The position numbers and the translations under genes are program-made. A DNA stretch of 64,000 nt from Planctomycetota bacterium (GTDB lineage: Bacteria > Planctomycetota > UBA1135): NCBI GenBank assembly GCA_040264055.1, contig JBDQJC010000001.1, positions 11,845 through 75,844 on the forward strand, given 5' to 3'. Within the stretch, counting starts at the first letter, position 1. Each line of letters starts with the position of its first letter. Positions 39,905 to 51,532 of this stretch are shown in pieces. The notes under the pieces were generated by a model that had not been told where the DNA came from, ran no database searches, and saw nothing but the letters and a program-made list of their open reading frames with translations.

Positions 39905-41515
39905 CTACAAGATCACAAAGTTGATCAACCGCGTTGCAGCAACCGGAGCCTGACTCGCCACCCAAGCCTGCATCCAAACCTGCAGCCCACTCGTCCGACT
40001 CGGAATATTCAACTTCACTTGTCCATCGCCGGAAGCTGAAACATCAACCTGACCCACATAAATCAACGGGTCGGCAAGATCGAGGCCGGGGCTGCCAGCA
40101 GGTGCGGCATTGCCCGGTCCATCCAGGCTCACTTCCACGCGATAGCTCGAAAACGGAATGCCGTCGCTGATCGTCAGCGTGGCGACTCCGCCCGCGACGG
40201 CATTCTGCACTTGCAGCGCAGCCAAAGCGGGCCCGCGTCGGGTGGCGACCAAGCCTTCTTCGAGGCTGCCTCCGCCGGGCGCCCCAACAAGAAACTCGTT
40301 CATGCCATCGCCGTCAAGATCTTGATGCAATGGAGCAATCGACTCACCGAAGCGTTGTTCGGCGGTATCTCCTTTCAGTTCGATCAGAAAGCGCCCGCTC
40401 GGTCCGGAAAACACCCGCAAAGCGCCCGCGCCAAATCCAGCGCCACCGAAGTAACTTGCCAAGGGTGCGCCCACGATCAGGTCCAGCAAGCCATCGCCGC
40501 TGATGTCCGCCGCCGCCAAGCTCATGCCAAAACCTTCACCAGCGGCTTCCGATTCGACGCTCGCAACCAAGCTGCCGTCTGCGCCACTGCGGATTTCGGC
40601 GTAGCCTTCGTAGCCCTCAAAGTTGTTGGCGTTCAAGACGCCGCTTGCAGCAAAGTCGGGCACGCCATCACCTGTGACGTCTTGCATGGCGACTACTTCG
40701 GTGCCAAAGAAAGCGTCGCGAGAACGTCCGGGTACGCGCAGCAGCAAGGCTCCGGTGCGCCCGGAATACAGCTCGACCGCACCGGCCTCCTTGTAGCCGC
40801 TCTCGCGCAGCGGCACGCCAACGGCGAAGTCAGGGCGGCCATCGAAATCGATGTCGCCGACGCTACACACAGAGGAGCCAAAGCGGTCCCATACCTTTGT
40901 GCCGCGCAAGGTATGCAAAGCGCGACCATCCGCACCCGAATAGACAAAAACCGAGCCAGTGCCGATGCCGGAAAAGTCGTCGTCCGGCGCACCCACGATC
41001 AGATCGTCGAAGCCATCGCCGTTGACGTCCCCGGCCGCCGCGAGCGCATGACCAAATCGATCCCAATTGCGCGCGCTATGAAAGCGACGCAGTTCGCTTC
41101 CATCGATCCCTGAATAAAGCACAACCATGCCGCTCGGGTAGCGGAAGGGATTGTCGCGACGAGCCGAGGCCGCGTAGTCTTCGACGCCATCGCCATTGGC
41201 ATCGCCCGCCGGAGTGACCAGAAAACCGAAGCGGTGATCCACGCCGAGCCCGTCGTGGCGGCGCAGCACACTGCCGTCGGCACCAGAAAGAAGGTAGGCG
41301 GCGCCTGCGTTTTCAAAGGAGTAGTCGGCCAAGCCAGCTCCGACCAGCCAATCAGCGACGCCGTCGCCACTGAGATCAGAGATCGTTGCAACTGCTGCGC
41401 CGAAGCGGTCTCCGGGAGACTCCCCGTCGATCTCGAGAGTCTGGGCAGACGTAAGACTTGTGCTGCTGGCAAGGCAGATTGCCCAAAGAAGGGGGCGGGG
41501 AGTGTTGGACAGCAT
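39905..41515 (-). CDS. Secreted FG-GAP/VCBS (integrin-alpha-like) repeat protein with shared C-terminal module
   Basis: ATG 41515 gives the signal peptide MLSNTPRPLLWAICLASSTSLTSAQ. Seven or more FG-GAP units (GDRFGAAVATISDLSGDGVADWLVGA, DRFGHALAAAGDVNGDGFDDLIVGAP, etc.), then the shared tail. Confidence 0.88.
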   Translation of the reverse strand: MLSNTPRPLLWAICLASSTSLTSAQTLEIDGESPGDRFGAAVATISDLSGDGVADWLVGAGLADYSFENAGAAYLLSGADGSVLRRHDGLGVDHRFGFLVTPAGDANGDGVEDYAASARRDNPFRYPSGMVVLYSGIDGSELRRFHSARNWDRFGHALAAAGDVNGDGFDDLIVGAPDDDFSGIGTGSVFVYSGADGRALHTLRGTKVWDRFGSSVCSVGDIDFDGRPDFAVGVPLRESGYKEAGAVELYSGRTGALLLRVPGRSRDAFFGTEVVAMQDVTGDGVPDFAASGVLNANNFEGYEGYAEIRSGADGSLVASVESEAAGEGFGMSLAAADISGDGLLDLIVGAPLASYFGGAGFGAGALRVFSGPSGRFLIELKGDTAEQRFGESIAPLHQDLDGDGMNEFLVGAPGGGSLEEGLVATRRGPALAALQVQNAVAGGVATLTISDGIPFSSYRVEVSLDGPGNAAPAGSPGLDLADPLIYVGQVDVSASGDGQVKLNIPSRTSGLQVWMQAWVASQAPVAATRLINFVIL

Positions 41516-41642
41516 TTTTAGATGAGAACACAAAGTTCGCAGATTCGCTACATGGTGCGAGGCTGGATTCGCTGGAGGCGGCGCTAGGATCGTCCCAAGA
41601 AGAGGATCGCGTCGCGCAGATGTGCCCGCTCCTCGTTTGCTC

Positions 41643-42818
41643 ATGAAGATGTCTGGAAAGCTCTGCGCGGCAGAGGCCTACTCAGCGCAACCCCACACGC
41701 ACTGGGCTGCGCAGGAAGCTGTGTCGAAACTCAGTCTGAGTTTGGGTGGGAGTCCGGACATGGTCCTGGCCTTTTACACCGAACATCATCTTGAGCACGC
41801 GCATCAAATCGCTGACGAAGTGCGTCGTTCGCTTGCGCCCGACGCTTTCGTCGGGGCTTGCACCAGCGGCGTGATTGGCGATGGCCACGAGCACCCCTTC
41901 GGTCCTGGCCTGACGCTTTGGGGCGCGCGCGTGCCTGGCGCGCGGGTGCAAGCCTTCGACCTTCAAGTCTCGAAGAAGGGCAGCCGCGGTTATGTGCGTG
42001 GGTGGCCCGATGTTGGCCCGGAAGCGAGTGTTCTGCTCTTCGTCGATGAAGCGGGCTTCCCGCTCGACCCGTTCCTGCATTCGCTCCGCGGGGGCAGTCG
42101 TTTTCCAACGATCTTGGGCGGCATGGTGCCGCACGGCGAAGAAGGCGAGGCGCGTTTGCTGGTCGATGGCGTTGCGCACGATTCGGGCGCTGTTGGCATC
42201 GTCATGGACGGCGCAGCGCGATTCGAACCCGTGGTTGCGCAAGGGTGTTGGCCGGTTGGTCCCTCCTTCCATATCACGCGCTGCGAACGCAACATTGTCT
42301 TCGAGCTAGATGGTGCTCCGGCCTACGACACGCTGACCGAGCTGCTCGACACTTTGCCGGATGACGAATCAGAACGATTCCGTACCGCGCCGCAAGTTGG
42401 TCTGAAGCAGGACGACCGTCAGGAAGACTCCGGGGCGGGTTCCTATCTCGTGCGCGACATCGTGACCTTGCTGACGCATGAGCGCGCGCTCGCCGTCAGC
42501 GAGCCAGTCGAGAACGGCATGCAGTTGCGTTTTCACGCCAAAGATGCACTCGCCGCGCACCGCGAGCTCGAGAGCATGTTGCGCCTGACTAGTGCGTTTC
42601 ATCCGAAGCCAGCAGGCGCGCTGTTGTTCACTTGCGCGGGCCGTGGTCGCCCATTGTTTGGCCGCCCGGATCACGACATTGACCTGGTGCAGACCTATTG
42701 GCCCGAGGCACCGGTTGGCGGCTTCTTTGCTGCTGGCGAGATCGGCCCGCTCGGCGGCAAGCCACACATTCACGCCTTTACCGCGAGCTTAGGTTTGCTG
42801 GTTCCGGCGCGTCCTTAA
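41643..42818 (+). CDS. FIST (N+C) sensory domain protein
   Basis: About 390 aa with a FIST_N / FIST_C-like layout (MVLAFYTEHH..., ...GALLFTCAGRG..LFG..DHD..., GFFAAGEIGP). Its 3' end overlaps the convergent kinase gene by 41 nt. Confidence 0.7.
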   Translation: MKMSGKLCAAEAYSAQPHTHWAAQEAVSKLSLSLGGSPDMVLAFYTEHHLEHAHQIADEVRRSLAPDAFVGACTSGVIGDGHEHPFGPGLTLWGARVPGARVQAFDLQVSKKGSRGYVRGWPDVGPEASVLLFVDEAGFPLDPFLHSLRGGSRFPTILGGMVPHGEEGEARLLVDGVAHDSGAVGIVMDGAARFEPVVAQGCWPVGPSFHITRCERNIVFELDGAPAYDTLTELLDTLPDDESERFRTAPQVGLKQDDRQEDSGAGSYLVRDIVTLLTHERALAVSEPVENGMQLRFHAKDALAAHRELESMLRLTSAFHPKPAGALLFTCAGRGRPLFGRPDHDIDLVQTYWPEAPVGGFFAAGEIGPLGGKPHIHAFTASLGLLVPARP

Positions 42819-44172
42819 GTTGCTCTCGGACAAAGTTGCGGAAGGTCTCCGGCCGGAAGGGCTTGGCCAAGAAAGCGCCATCGATGGCTTGCTCCCCCGA
42901 GGCGTGTAAGCCACCACGGGAATAACCCGAAACGAAGGCGATGCGAGTTTGTGGTCGACACTTCCGCCAAGACTGCGCAAGTTCGACGCCGGTCATGCCG
43001 GGCATCACGACATCGGTGACGAGCAGGTGAACGTCGCCAGCATGGCTTTGTGCAATGGACAGAGCCTGTGCTGGGCTCGATGCAGCCAGGAGTTCCCATT
43101 CCTCGTCCTCGAGCGCGCGTTGCATCACTTGCAAGACGGCGGGTTCGTCGTCGCAAAGGACGACGGTGGCGCGCGTGTTGTGCGCCGAGTCGGCGGTTTC
43201 CGGCGGCACGCTCTCTGCGCGGCTCCGCGGCAGGCGAATCAGGAACTCACTTCCCTGTGCCCCGGCTTTGCCGACCTCGATCACTCCTCCCGCTTGTTGC
43301 ACAATCCCGTGCACGGACGCAAGCCCGAGCCCGGTCCCACGACCAGGGTCTTTGGTGGTGAAGAAGGGATCGAAGATGTGCGGGAGCACATCCGCAGGAA
43401 TTCCGCAGCCGTTGTCGCGGACTCGCAGTTCGATCTGATCGGTCGTTTCTTGGACAGCGCTGGTGGGCCCTTCCTCAGCCTCGTCGCTCGAGCCCAAGAC
43501 CCGCGTGGAGAGCTCAATCCTGCCGGATTCTTCTAGCGCGTCGCGCGCATTCAGGACCAAGTTCATGATGACTTGCTCGAGTTGGCCGGGGTCGATCAAC
43601 GCGCAAGCTTCGGGGGCTTGCAGATCAAGAGAGAGCTCGATATCGCCGGGCAGGAACTGGTGAAGCAATCCAGAGATGTCTTGGATTGCATCATCGATGA
43701 CGACCGCGCAAGGGCGGCTAGGTTGTTCGCGACTAAACGCAAGCATCTGCTGAGTCAATCGCGCAGCGCGTTCGCCGGCGTCACGAATGCGATGGAATCG
43801 TTCGCGCAGTCTTGGATCGTTGCTTGCCGATTCTCCCAAATCAGCTTCGCCGAGGATTGCGGTTAAGATGTTATTGAAATCGTGTGCGATCCCACCTGCG
43901 AGTCGGCCAATCGACTCAAGTCGTTCGGACTGACGCAGCTTCGCTTCCAAGTGTTCGCGCTTCGCCATGTCGGAGAGCAAGCTCGACAGCGCTTGTCGCA
44001 GGTCTTCGGTGCGCGCCTCCACTTCGCTTTCAAGTCGATCGCGTGCCGTGGCAAGTGCAGCAGTACGAGAAGCCACGAGTTGTTCCAACTCAGATCGCTT
44101 GCTGCGCTGACGATCAAATCGCCTGCGCAGAATCAACACCGCAATCAAGCTACCTGCGCCAATCAAGGCCAC
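42778..44172 (-). CDS. Hybrid histidine kinase portion (TM helix, coiled coil, HisKA, HATPase_c, receiver)
   Basis: GTG 44172 with TM helix ALIGAGSLIAVLIL. H-box GGIAHDFNNILTAILG, N/G boxes LNARDAL, DNGCGI, GTGLGLA. C-terminal REC (VVLCDDE...LLVTDVVMPGMTG...KPF). In frame with the upstream sensor ORF across a single TAG. Confidence 0.9.
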   Translation of the reverse strand: MALIGAGSLIAVLILRRRFDRQRSKRSELEQLVASRTAALATARDRLESEVEARTEDLRQALSSLLSDMAKREHLEAKLRQSERLESIGRLAGGIAHDFNNILTAILGEADLGESASNDPRLRERFHRIRDAGERAARLTQQMLAFSREQPSRPCAVVIDDAIQDISGLLHQFLPGDIELSLDLQAPEACALIDPGQLEQVIMNLVLNARDALEESGRIELSTRVLGSSDEAEEGPTSAVQETTDQIELRVRDNGCGIPADVLPHIFDPFFTTKDPGRGTGLGLASVHGIVQQAGGVIEVGKAGAQGSEFLIRLPRSRAESVPPETADSAHNTRATVVLCDDEPAVLQVMQRALEDEEWELLAASSPAQALSIAQSHAGDVHLLVTDVVMPGMTGVELAQSWRKCRPQTRIAFVSGYSRGGLHASGEQAIDGAFLAKPFRPETFRNFVREQLKDAPEPANLSSR

Positions 44173-44217
44173 CCAAGTTCCGGTCAGTTCAAACCAAGCG
44201 GCACGAAAGTGCAGAGC

Positions 44218-46386
44218 CTACGTGCTGAGAACCTCCGACCAAACGCCGTCGCGGTTTGCTGCACGAACCAGGAATCGATAGTGCCCAGGCGGCAAGCTTT
44301 CGTAATGCGCAAGCTCACGATCGCCGGCGTCTACCCAGTCCGAGTCACGCCCTTCGAGCATGTACTGATAGCGGACCAAGTGAGGATCAATGAAGGTAAT
44401 GGCGCGATAGTGAACCAGGAGGCCGCGGTCCTCCGGGTGGACCGATTGCGCCGAGCCCTCCAAGAGATCCGAGCGATTCGTCGAAAGCCGAACAAACTTC
44501 AGCATTGGGGCGGGCAAGAGTGAGCGCGCCGCGCTTGGCGAAAATCGCGCGGCCGTGAGCAACGCAGGAAGAAAAACTTCTCCGCTGGCGGTGCGGCTTC
44601 CGGCGGGCATCGCGCCACCCATACCTTCGAACTCGGGGACACCCGGAAGCTGATCGAAGACCCGCGGAGTGGCATGGTGTTGCGGGTCGCTTTCAAGGCC
44701 AACGACATCTTTGGCACTCAGCAGGGAGATGCCGCGGTTTCCGAGCAAGAGCAAACATCCGTCGGCTTCGGGAAGAATGCGATGGACCACATTCTCGTGC
44801 AGCCCTTGATCCACGGACAGCAACCGAATTTCTCCGTCTGGACGGATCAAGCTGAGGCCGCCCCCGTAATGCCCAAGCCAGGTGACGCCATTGTCCCGGA
44901 AGTGGATCTCGCGCACCTCTCCCATGGCGAGCTCGCGCTTGCTCGTGAGCCGCCGGGTGATGGTTCCGCTTACGTCGAGGACCGCGACTCCGTCGCGCGC
45001 GCCAATCCATAGCTCACCCTGTGGATCCAAGGCAAGCTTGTGGATCATGCCAAGGTCGAGCCCGTCGCCTTGACTCCAGGTCCGTGCCACGTTTCCGTCT
45101 GCCGAAAACTGCACGAGATTGTTTCCGCAACTGCCCCACCAGACCAGTTGTTCATCCTGCAAGAGCGTCAAGGTGGGGCCAGCGGGCAGCGCGGCCGGAG
45201 GCACGAGCGTGTCGAAGTGATCGAGGTGCAGCCGGAGCAAGCCGTCCGCTTCAGAAAGTGCATAGGTGTACCCATCCGCCCCGGAGGCCAAAGCTTGCAC
45301 CCGTGCCTCATGGGAGACGCCTTCGCCTGAGCGCGAGAAACGCTTCAAGGCGCCCGCGTACTGTCCAATCCAGACCGTGTCGGGATAGTGGCGATCTTCA
45401 ATCGCGATCCGTGGCGTATCGGCATGGAACTCGGGATGCAAGATCGCTTGCAGCGGTCGCTGCCGTAATACGCTGAGGCCACCGCCTCCGAGCCAGAGCG
45501 AACCCTCGCGATCGATGAGGAGTGCGCGGCTCTGGAGTTGCGGTACGGTTCGGAGGTCTTCCGCGGCAAGCGTGGAGAAAAACTGCCCATCGCGAAAGGC
45601 GAGAGGGTTCCAGCCGCCAATCCAAATCGTTCCGTCCTCGGACTCGGCGATCGCGCGGATTCCACCGTTATCCACGGGCGAGACGAATCGCTGCAGTGAG
45701 CCATCTGTATCCAACTTGAGTAGGCGAGTATGGTGGTCGCCCGCCCAAACGCGGCCGCTTCGATCCACGTGCACACAGTCGACCGATTCTGAGTACATTA
45801 AGTCGATTGAGCCGTTGCGCAAGCGGCGCAGCCCTTCTCCTGCGATCCAGACCGTACCGTCTGCGCCTTCTGCTGTGGCGAGGCTGCGGCCGAGAGCGAG
45901 GGATTGGAGAATGTCGCCGCTTTCGGACAGTTGCATCACGCCATCTGCATGGGCAACCCAGAAGCTTCCATCTGAAGCTTCCCGAATGTCCATGATGTCA
46001 AATGGCTCGCGGCCATCTGGAAGCGTTAGTCCGACGGACTCAAAGTCGTTCTTGACGAAGCGTCCTAAGCCCTCTCTTTCGGTACCAATCCACAGCACTC
46101 CTCGCCGGTCGGAACAAAGTGCGGTGATGCGTAGAGTCGCCAACTTCCCCCCGTAAGCATGTAACTCGAGCCCGTCGAATACGGCCAGGCCGCCGTGCGT
46201 TCCAATCCAAATCTGTCCGAGCGAATCCGAGGTGATCGCGTTGACTTGGGCTTGCGGTAATCCTTCGCTCAGTCCCCATCGCTCAACCGTTGTCGCAAGA
46301 GGCGTGCTCGCGGGTTCAAGCGGGAGGTCCTGCGGCAGGACCGTTTGCTGAAGGAATCCGAAGAGGAGGGGGAGGAGGGCAACCAT
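44218..46386 (-). CDS. Periplasmic two-component-regulator propeller (Reg_prop repeats) + Y_Y_Y domain; sensor half of a split hybrid kinase
   Basis: Repeats GQIWIGTHGGLAVF, GVLWIGTEREGLGRF, GTIWIGGWNPLAF, GSLWLGGGGLSVL. C-terminal Y_Y_Y-type HYRFLVRAANRDGVWSEVLST, then TAG (44218-44220). Confidence 0.85.
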   Translation of the reverse strand: MVALLPLLFGFLQQTVLPQDLPLEPASTPLATTVERWGLSEGLPQAQVNAITSDSLGQIWIGTHGGLAVFDGLELHAYGGKLATLRITALCSDRRGVLWIGTEREGLGRFVKNDFESVGLTLPDGREPFDIMDIREASDGSFWVAHADGVMQLSESGDILQSLALGRSLATAEGADGTVWIAGEGLRRLRNGSIDLMYSESVDCVHVDRSGRVWAGDHHTRLLKLDTDGSLQRFVSPVDNGGIRAIAESEDGTIWIGGWNPLAFRDGQFFSTLAAEDLRTVPQLQSRALLIDREGSLWLGGGGLSVLRQRPLQAILHPEFHADTPRIAIEDRHYPDTVWIGQYAGALKRFSRSGEGVSHEARVQALASGADGYTYALSEADGLLRLHLDHFDTLVPPAALPAGPTLTLLQDEQLVWWGSCGNNLVQFSADGNVARTWSQGDGLDLGMIHKLALDPQGELWIGARDGVAVLDVSGTITRRLTSKRELAMGEVREIHFRDNGVTWLGHYGGGLSLIRPDGEIRLLSVDQGLHENVVHRILPEADGCLLLLGNRGISLLSAKDVVGLESDPQHHATPRVFDQLPGVPEFEGMGGAMPAGSRTASGEVFLPALLTAARFSPSAARSLLPAPMLKFVRLSTNRSDLLEGSAQSVHPEDRGLLVHYRAITFIDPHLVRYQYMLEGRDSDWVDAGDRELAHYESLPPGHYRFLVRAANRDGVWSEVLST

Positions 46387-46420
46387 CGTCCAGACTGGCC
46401 TCCGCGAGCATAGCGAGGGA

Positions 46421-48380
<1,960 letters not shown>

Positions 48381-48462
48381 GTCTGCATGATAGGACAGGG
48401 ATGGCGCACGTGGAAACCCACCCGGCCGCCCACCGAAACTTCATACAATCCTCAAACCCACG

Positions 48463-49188
48463 ATGCACCCTGTCCCTACTGTCCTCCCTGTGGCCGCGAA
48501 GACACTTCTTCTGGTCGAGGACGACGACGATCTCCTCGAGGTACTGCGCTTAACCTTTGAAGCAGAGGGTTTTCGATGCCTGACTGCAGTGAATGGGGAA
48601 GATGCTTTGACCCTATGCCGTCGGCATGGCCCAGACCTCGTCATCTTGGATCTCATGCTGCCCGGGATCGACGGAATTGAAGTTTGCACCCAGATCAAGC
48701 GCGATCCCGCGCTGGCTCGGACCCCGGTTCTGATGTTGACGGCCAAATCTGAGGAGAGCGATGTCGTTCTTGGCCTGGGGGTTGGCGCAGACGACTACGT
48801 GACCAAACCAGCCCGGCCACGCGAGCTGGTTGCGCGCGCGCGGAATATCCTTCGCCGCACCTCAGCGAAAGACCCGGTTGTCACCGATCAAATGCTCTCC
48901 GTTGCCGGAGTCGTCATCGACCCGGCGCGTTTTGAAGTGCGCACCGATGGCAAGGTCATTCGCCTGACCCCGACCGAATTCAAACTCTTGCAAACCTTGG
49001 CCGGATCGCCGGGCCGCGTCTTCCGGCGCGGGGATTTGCTGGATTCGGTGGTGGGCCCAGGAGCGGTGGTCACAGAGCGCAACATCGACACGCACATCAA
49101 GTCCCTGCGCAAGAAGTTGCAGCAGCGTGGGGATCTGATCGAGACCGTGCGTGGAGTGGGCTATCGCTTCACGGACGAAACTGCGTGA
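48463..49188 (+). CDS. phoB: OmpR/PhoB-type response regulator
   Basis: Receiver domain (LLLVEDDDDL...DLVILDLMLPGIDG...LTAK) plus winged-helix (LTPTEFKLLQTLA...VRGVGYRF). Sits at the head of the pst block. Confidence 0.85.
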   Translation: MHPVPTVLPVAAKTLLLVEDDDDLLEVLRLTFEAEGFRCLTAVNGEDALTLCRRHGPDLVILDLMLPGIDGIEVCTQIKRDPALARTPVLMLTAKSEESDVVLGLGVGADDYVTKPARPRELVARARNILRRTSAKDPVVTDQMLSVAGVVIDPARFEVRTDGKVIRLTPTEFKLLQTLAGSPGRVFRRGDLLDSVVGPGAVVTERNIDTHIKSLRKKLQQRGDLIETVRGVGYRFTDETA

Positions 49189-50339
49189 GCTGGTTCTTCG
49201 CGACCCTGGCCGCGCTTGCGGTTGTCTTTGCCGTGCGCCAACGCAATGCGCGCCGGCACGCGCAGGAGGAACTCGACCAACTCGCGTTACGCGGCGAGTC
49301 CATGCGCCGGGTGCTGGAACATCTAGACGACGGAGCATTGCTGCTCGGGCGTCAGAATGTGGTGCTGTATCGAAACTCCGCGGCTTTGCACCTGTTGGGC
49401 GGTTCGGCCGACAGCGGAACAGGCCAGATGTCCCTCGATCAGTTAACCCAGAACCAGCCCATTCTGGAGGCGGTTGCTGGCCATCGAGGTGGGACAGAAC
49501 GGCAGGTGATCACTGCGCAGGTCGAGGGCGATCAGCCGATTGCTCTCGAACTCACGATTGCCCCGGCCGGCCCCGAGCAACGCCTCTTGGTTCTGCGCGA
49601 CGTGCGCACCTCGGCCACGGTCGATCGCAAGCGCCGTGACTTTGTCACCAATGCTTCGCACGAGTTAAAGACGCCAATCGCCGCGTTGATCGGCATGCTT
49701 GATTTGATGGAGTTGGTCTCCGATGAAAAGCGCGCCGATCTGATGGAGCGTTCGCGGCGCAATGCACAGAGCTTGGCGCGCATGACCGAAGACCTGCTGG
49801 GAATCGCGCGCGCGGAAGACCCTGATTGGCTGCCCAATCCACGCCAGGTGGATGTTGCGGAGGCCATTCAGGAAGTGCTGACTTCGGTCGAGTCGAGCGC
49901 GGTTGGCAAAGGGCTCAAGCTGGAGTTTGAGATCAGCGAGCGACCCTATCTACTGAACTGCGATCCGACTTGCTTGCAAACAGTCGTGCGCAACTTGGTG
50001 CAGAACGCCATCAACTACACACCAAGTGGCAAGGTCTCGATTCGGGTCGAACGCGCGGAAGGGCTCGGCGCGCGGATCGAGGTCGAGGACACCGGGCCAG
50101 GAATCGACCCCGAGGTTCTGCCGCGGATTTTTGAGCGCTTCTTCCGTGGCGATCCTGCCCACAGTCGCGCGACGGGTGGCACCGGCCTGGGCTTGTCGAT
50201 TGTGCGCAACCTCGTCAATCGCATGGGAGGGCGCATCGCAGTGGATAGCCGATGTGGCGAGGGTTCGCTGTTTCGCGTCGAGCTGCCTGGCAAGCCAGAG
50301 CAGCGCCTTCCGGGCTCGGTGAGCCCCGCGCAGCAGTAG
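49185..50339 (+). CDS. phoR: Phosphate-regulon sensor histidine kinase
   Basis: GTG 49185 overlaps the phoB stop. TM helix and PAS-like region. H-box FVTNASHELKTPIAALIG, N box QNAINYT, G boxes DTGPGI and GGTGLGLSIV. Confidence 0.8.
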   Translation: MSWFFATLAALAVVFAVRQRNARRHAQEELDQLALRGESMRRVLEHLDDGALLLGRQNVVLYRNSAALHLLGGSADSGTGQMSLDQLTQNQPILEAVAGHRGGTERQVITAQVEGDQPIALELTIAPAGPEQRLLVLRDVRTSATVDRKRRDFVTNASHELKTPIAALIGMLDLMELVSDEKRADLMERSRRNAQSLARMTEDLLGIARAEDPDWLPNPRQVDVAEAIQEVLTSVESSAVGKGLKLEFEISERPYLLNCDPTCLQTVVRNLVQNAINYTPSGKVSIRVERAEGLGARIEVEDTGPGIDPEVLPRIFERFFRGDPAHSRATGGTGLGLSIVRNLVNRMGGRIAVDSRCGEGSLFRVELPGKPEQRLPGSVSPAQQ

Positions 50340-50477
50340 AACACAATATCAAAGACTTGTTAAGGCCAGAATTGCCGCAGAACGAGTTCTTCGGCCGTCG
50401 CCGAAGGTGCACGCGGTCTTCATCTTTCCTACACGCAAGCGGCCTAGAGTTCTGGCGTCCAAGCAAAAGGACCACCC

Positions 50478-51527
50478 ATGAACAAGTTCTTCCAAACCGC
50501 TCTCGCCGTCGCCGCCGCTCCGCTTCTCGCGGGCCTGGCTTCGGCTCAGCAAATGAAAGTCGACCAGGAGCTCCCGAGCTTCCAGCCGACCGCAGGCGTT
50601 TCCTACGAAGGTCGCCTGAACGCTGTCGGTTCCGACACGATGATCAACTTGATGACCCTCTGGGGCGAAGCTTTTAAGAAGCATCACCCTGGGGTACGGA
50701 TTCAAGTCGAAGGCAAGGGTTCGAGCACCGCTCCGCCCGCGCTGATTGAAGGCGTCTCGCAGTTCGGCCCGATGAGCCGCGCGATGAAGTCCGCAGAAAA
50801 GGACGCCTTCATCAAGAAGTTCGGCTACGAGCCGATGCCGGTTCGCACCTCGCTCGATGCGCTGGCGGTTTTCGTCAATAAGGACAACCCCATCACGGGG
50901 CTGACCATGGAGCAAGTCGATGCGGTCTTTTCGAAGGCACGCAAGCTCGGCTACGACGAAGACATTTCGACTTGGGGTCAGCTTGGCCTCGGGGGCACAT
51001 GGGCGCAGGGTCGTGTGTCGTTGTACGGCCGCAACTCGGCTTCGGGCACCTACGGCTACTTCAAGTCGGTCGCGCTCGGGAAAGGCGACTACAAGGACAC
51101 CGTGAAGGAGCAGCCCGGATCGGCTGGAGTTGTGAACTCGATCTCCAACGACATGTTGGGCATCGGCTACTCCGGCATCGGCTATCTGACTTCAAGTGTG
51201 CGTGCGGTGCCACTCTCGGTGGACGGCGAAGAGTACTTCGACGCAACCATGAAGAACGTGGTCTCGGGCGACTACCCGCTGGGTCGCTACCTGTACGTCT
51301 ACATCAACAAGAACCCGAAGAAGGCATTGGATCCAGTGCAAGCTGAGTTCTTGCGCTTCGTCTTCTCGAAGGAAGGCCAGGAGATCGTGCTGAAGTCAGG
51401 CTACTTGCCGATTACCGCCGGTGTGGCGGAAAAGGAATGCTCAAAGCTCGGATTGCCCTTTACCCGCGCCAAGCTGAAGAAGTTGCCGGCCGGTGCTGTT
51501 GAGGCTTCCTCGAAGCCACAAAGCTAG
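50478..51527 (+). CDS. pstS: Phosphate ABC transporter substrate-binding protein
   Basis: Signal peptide. GSDTMINLM, GKGSSTAPPALIEGVSQFGPMSR, and NSASGTY (close to the PstS GSGT loop). Confidence 0.9.
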   Translation: MNKFFQTALAVAAAPLLAGLASAQQMKVDQELPSFQPTAGVSYEGRLNAVGSDTMINLMTLWGEAFKKHHPGVRIQVEGKGSSTAPPALIEGVSQFGPMSRAMKSAEKDAFIKKFGYEPMPVRTSLDALAVFVNKDNPITGLTMEQVDAVFSKARKLGYDEDISTWGQLGLGGTWAQGRVSLYGRNSASGTYGYFKSVALGKGDYKDTVKEQPGSAGVVNSISNDMLGIGYSGIGYLTSSVRAVPLSVDGEEYFDATMKNVVSGDYPLGRYLYVYINKNPKKALDPVQAEFLRFVFSKEGQEIVLKSGYLPITAGVAEKECSKLGLPFTRAKLKKLPAGAVEASSKPQS

Positions 51528-51532
51528 AGCTC

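Noticed and set aside
39316-39977. ORFs of 67-152 aa covering the hairpin-repeat region (39316-39774 +, 39345-39785 +, 39490-39768 -, 39765-39977 -). Two of them share a peptide ...PADALTLRASD....
   Set aside because: The shared peptide is simply both copies of the inverted repeat being translated. The ORFs start right after a strong terminator, show no protein-like motifs, and overlap each other in several frames. I treat the region as non-coding.
50340-50477. Search for Pho boxes upstream of pstS, and a small hairpin cttcggc-cgtc-gccgaag after phoR.
   Set aside because: I could not see a convincing direct-repeat Pho box resembling the enterobacterial consensus. The hairpin lacks a U-tract. 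Neither is well enough supported to annotate.
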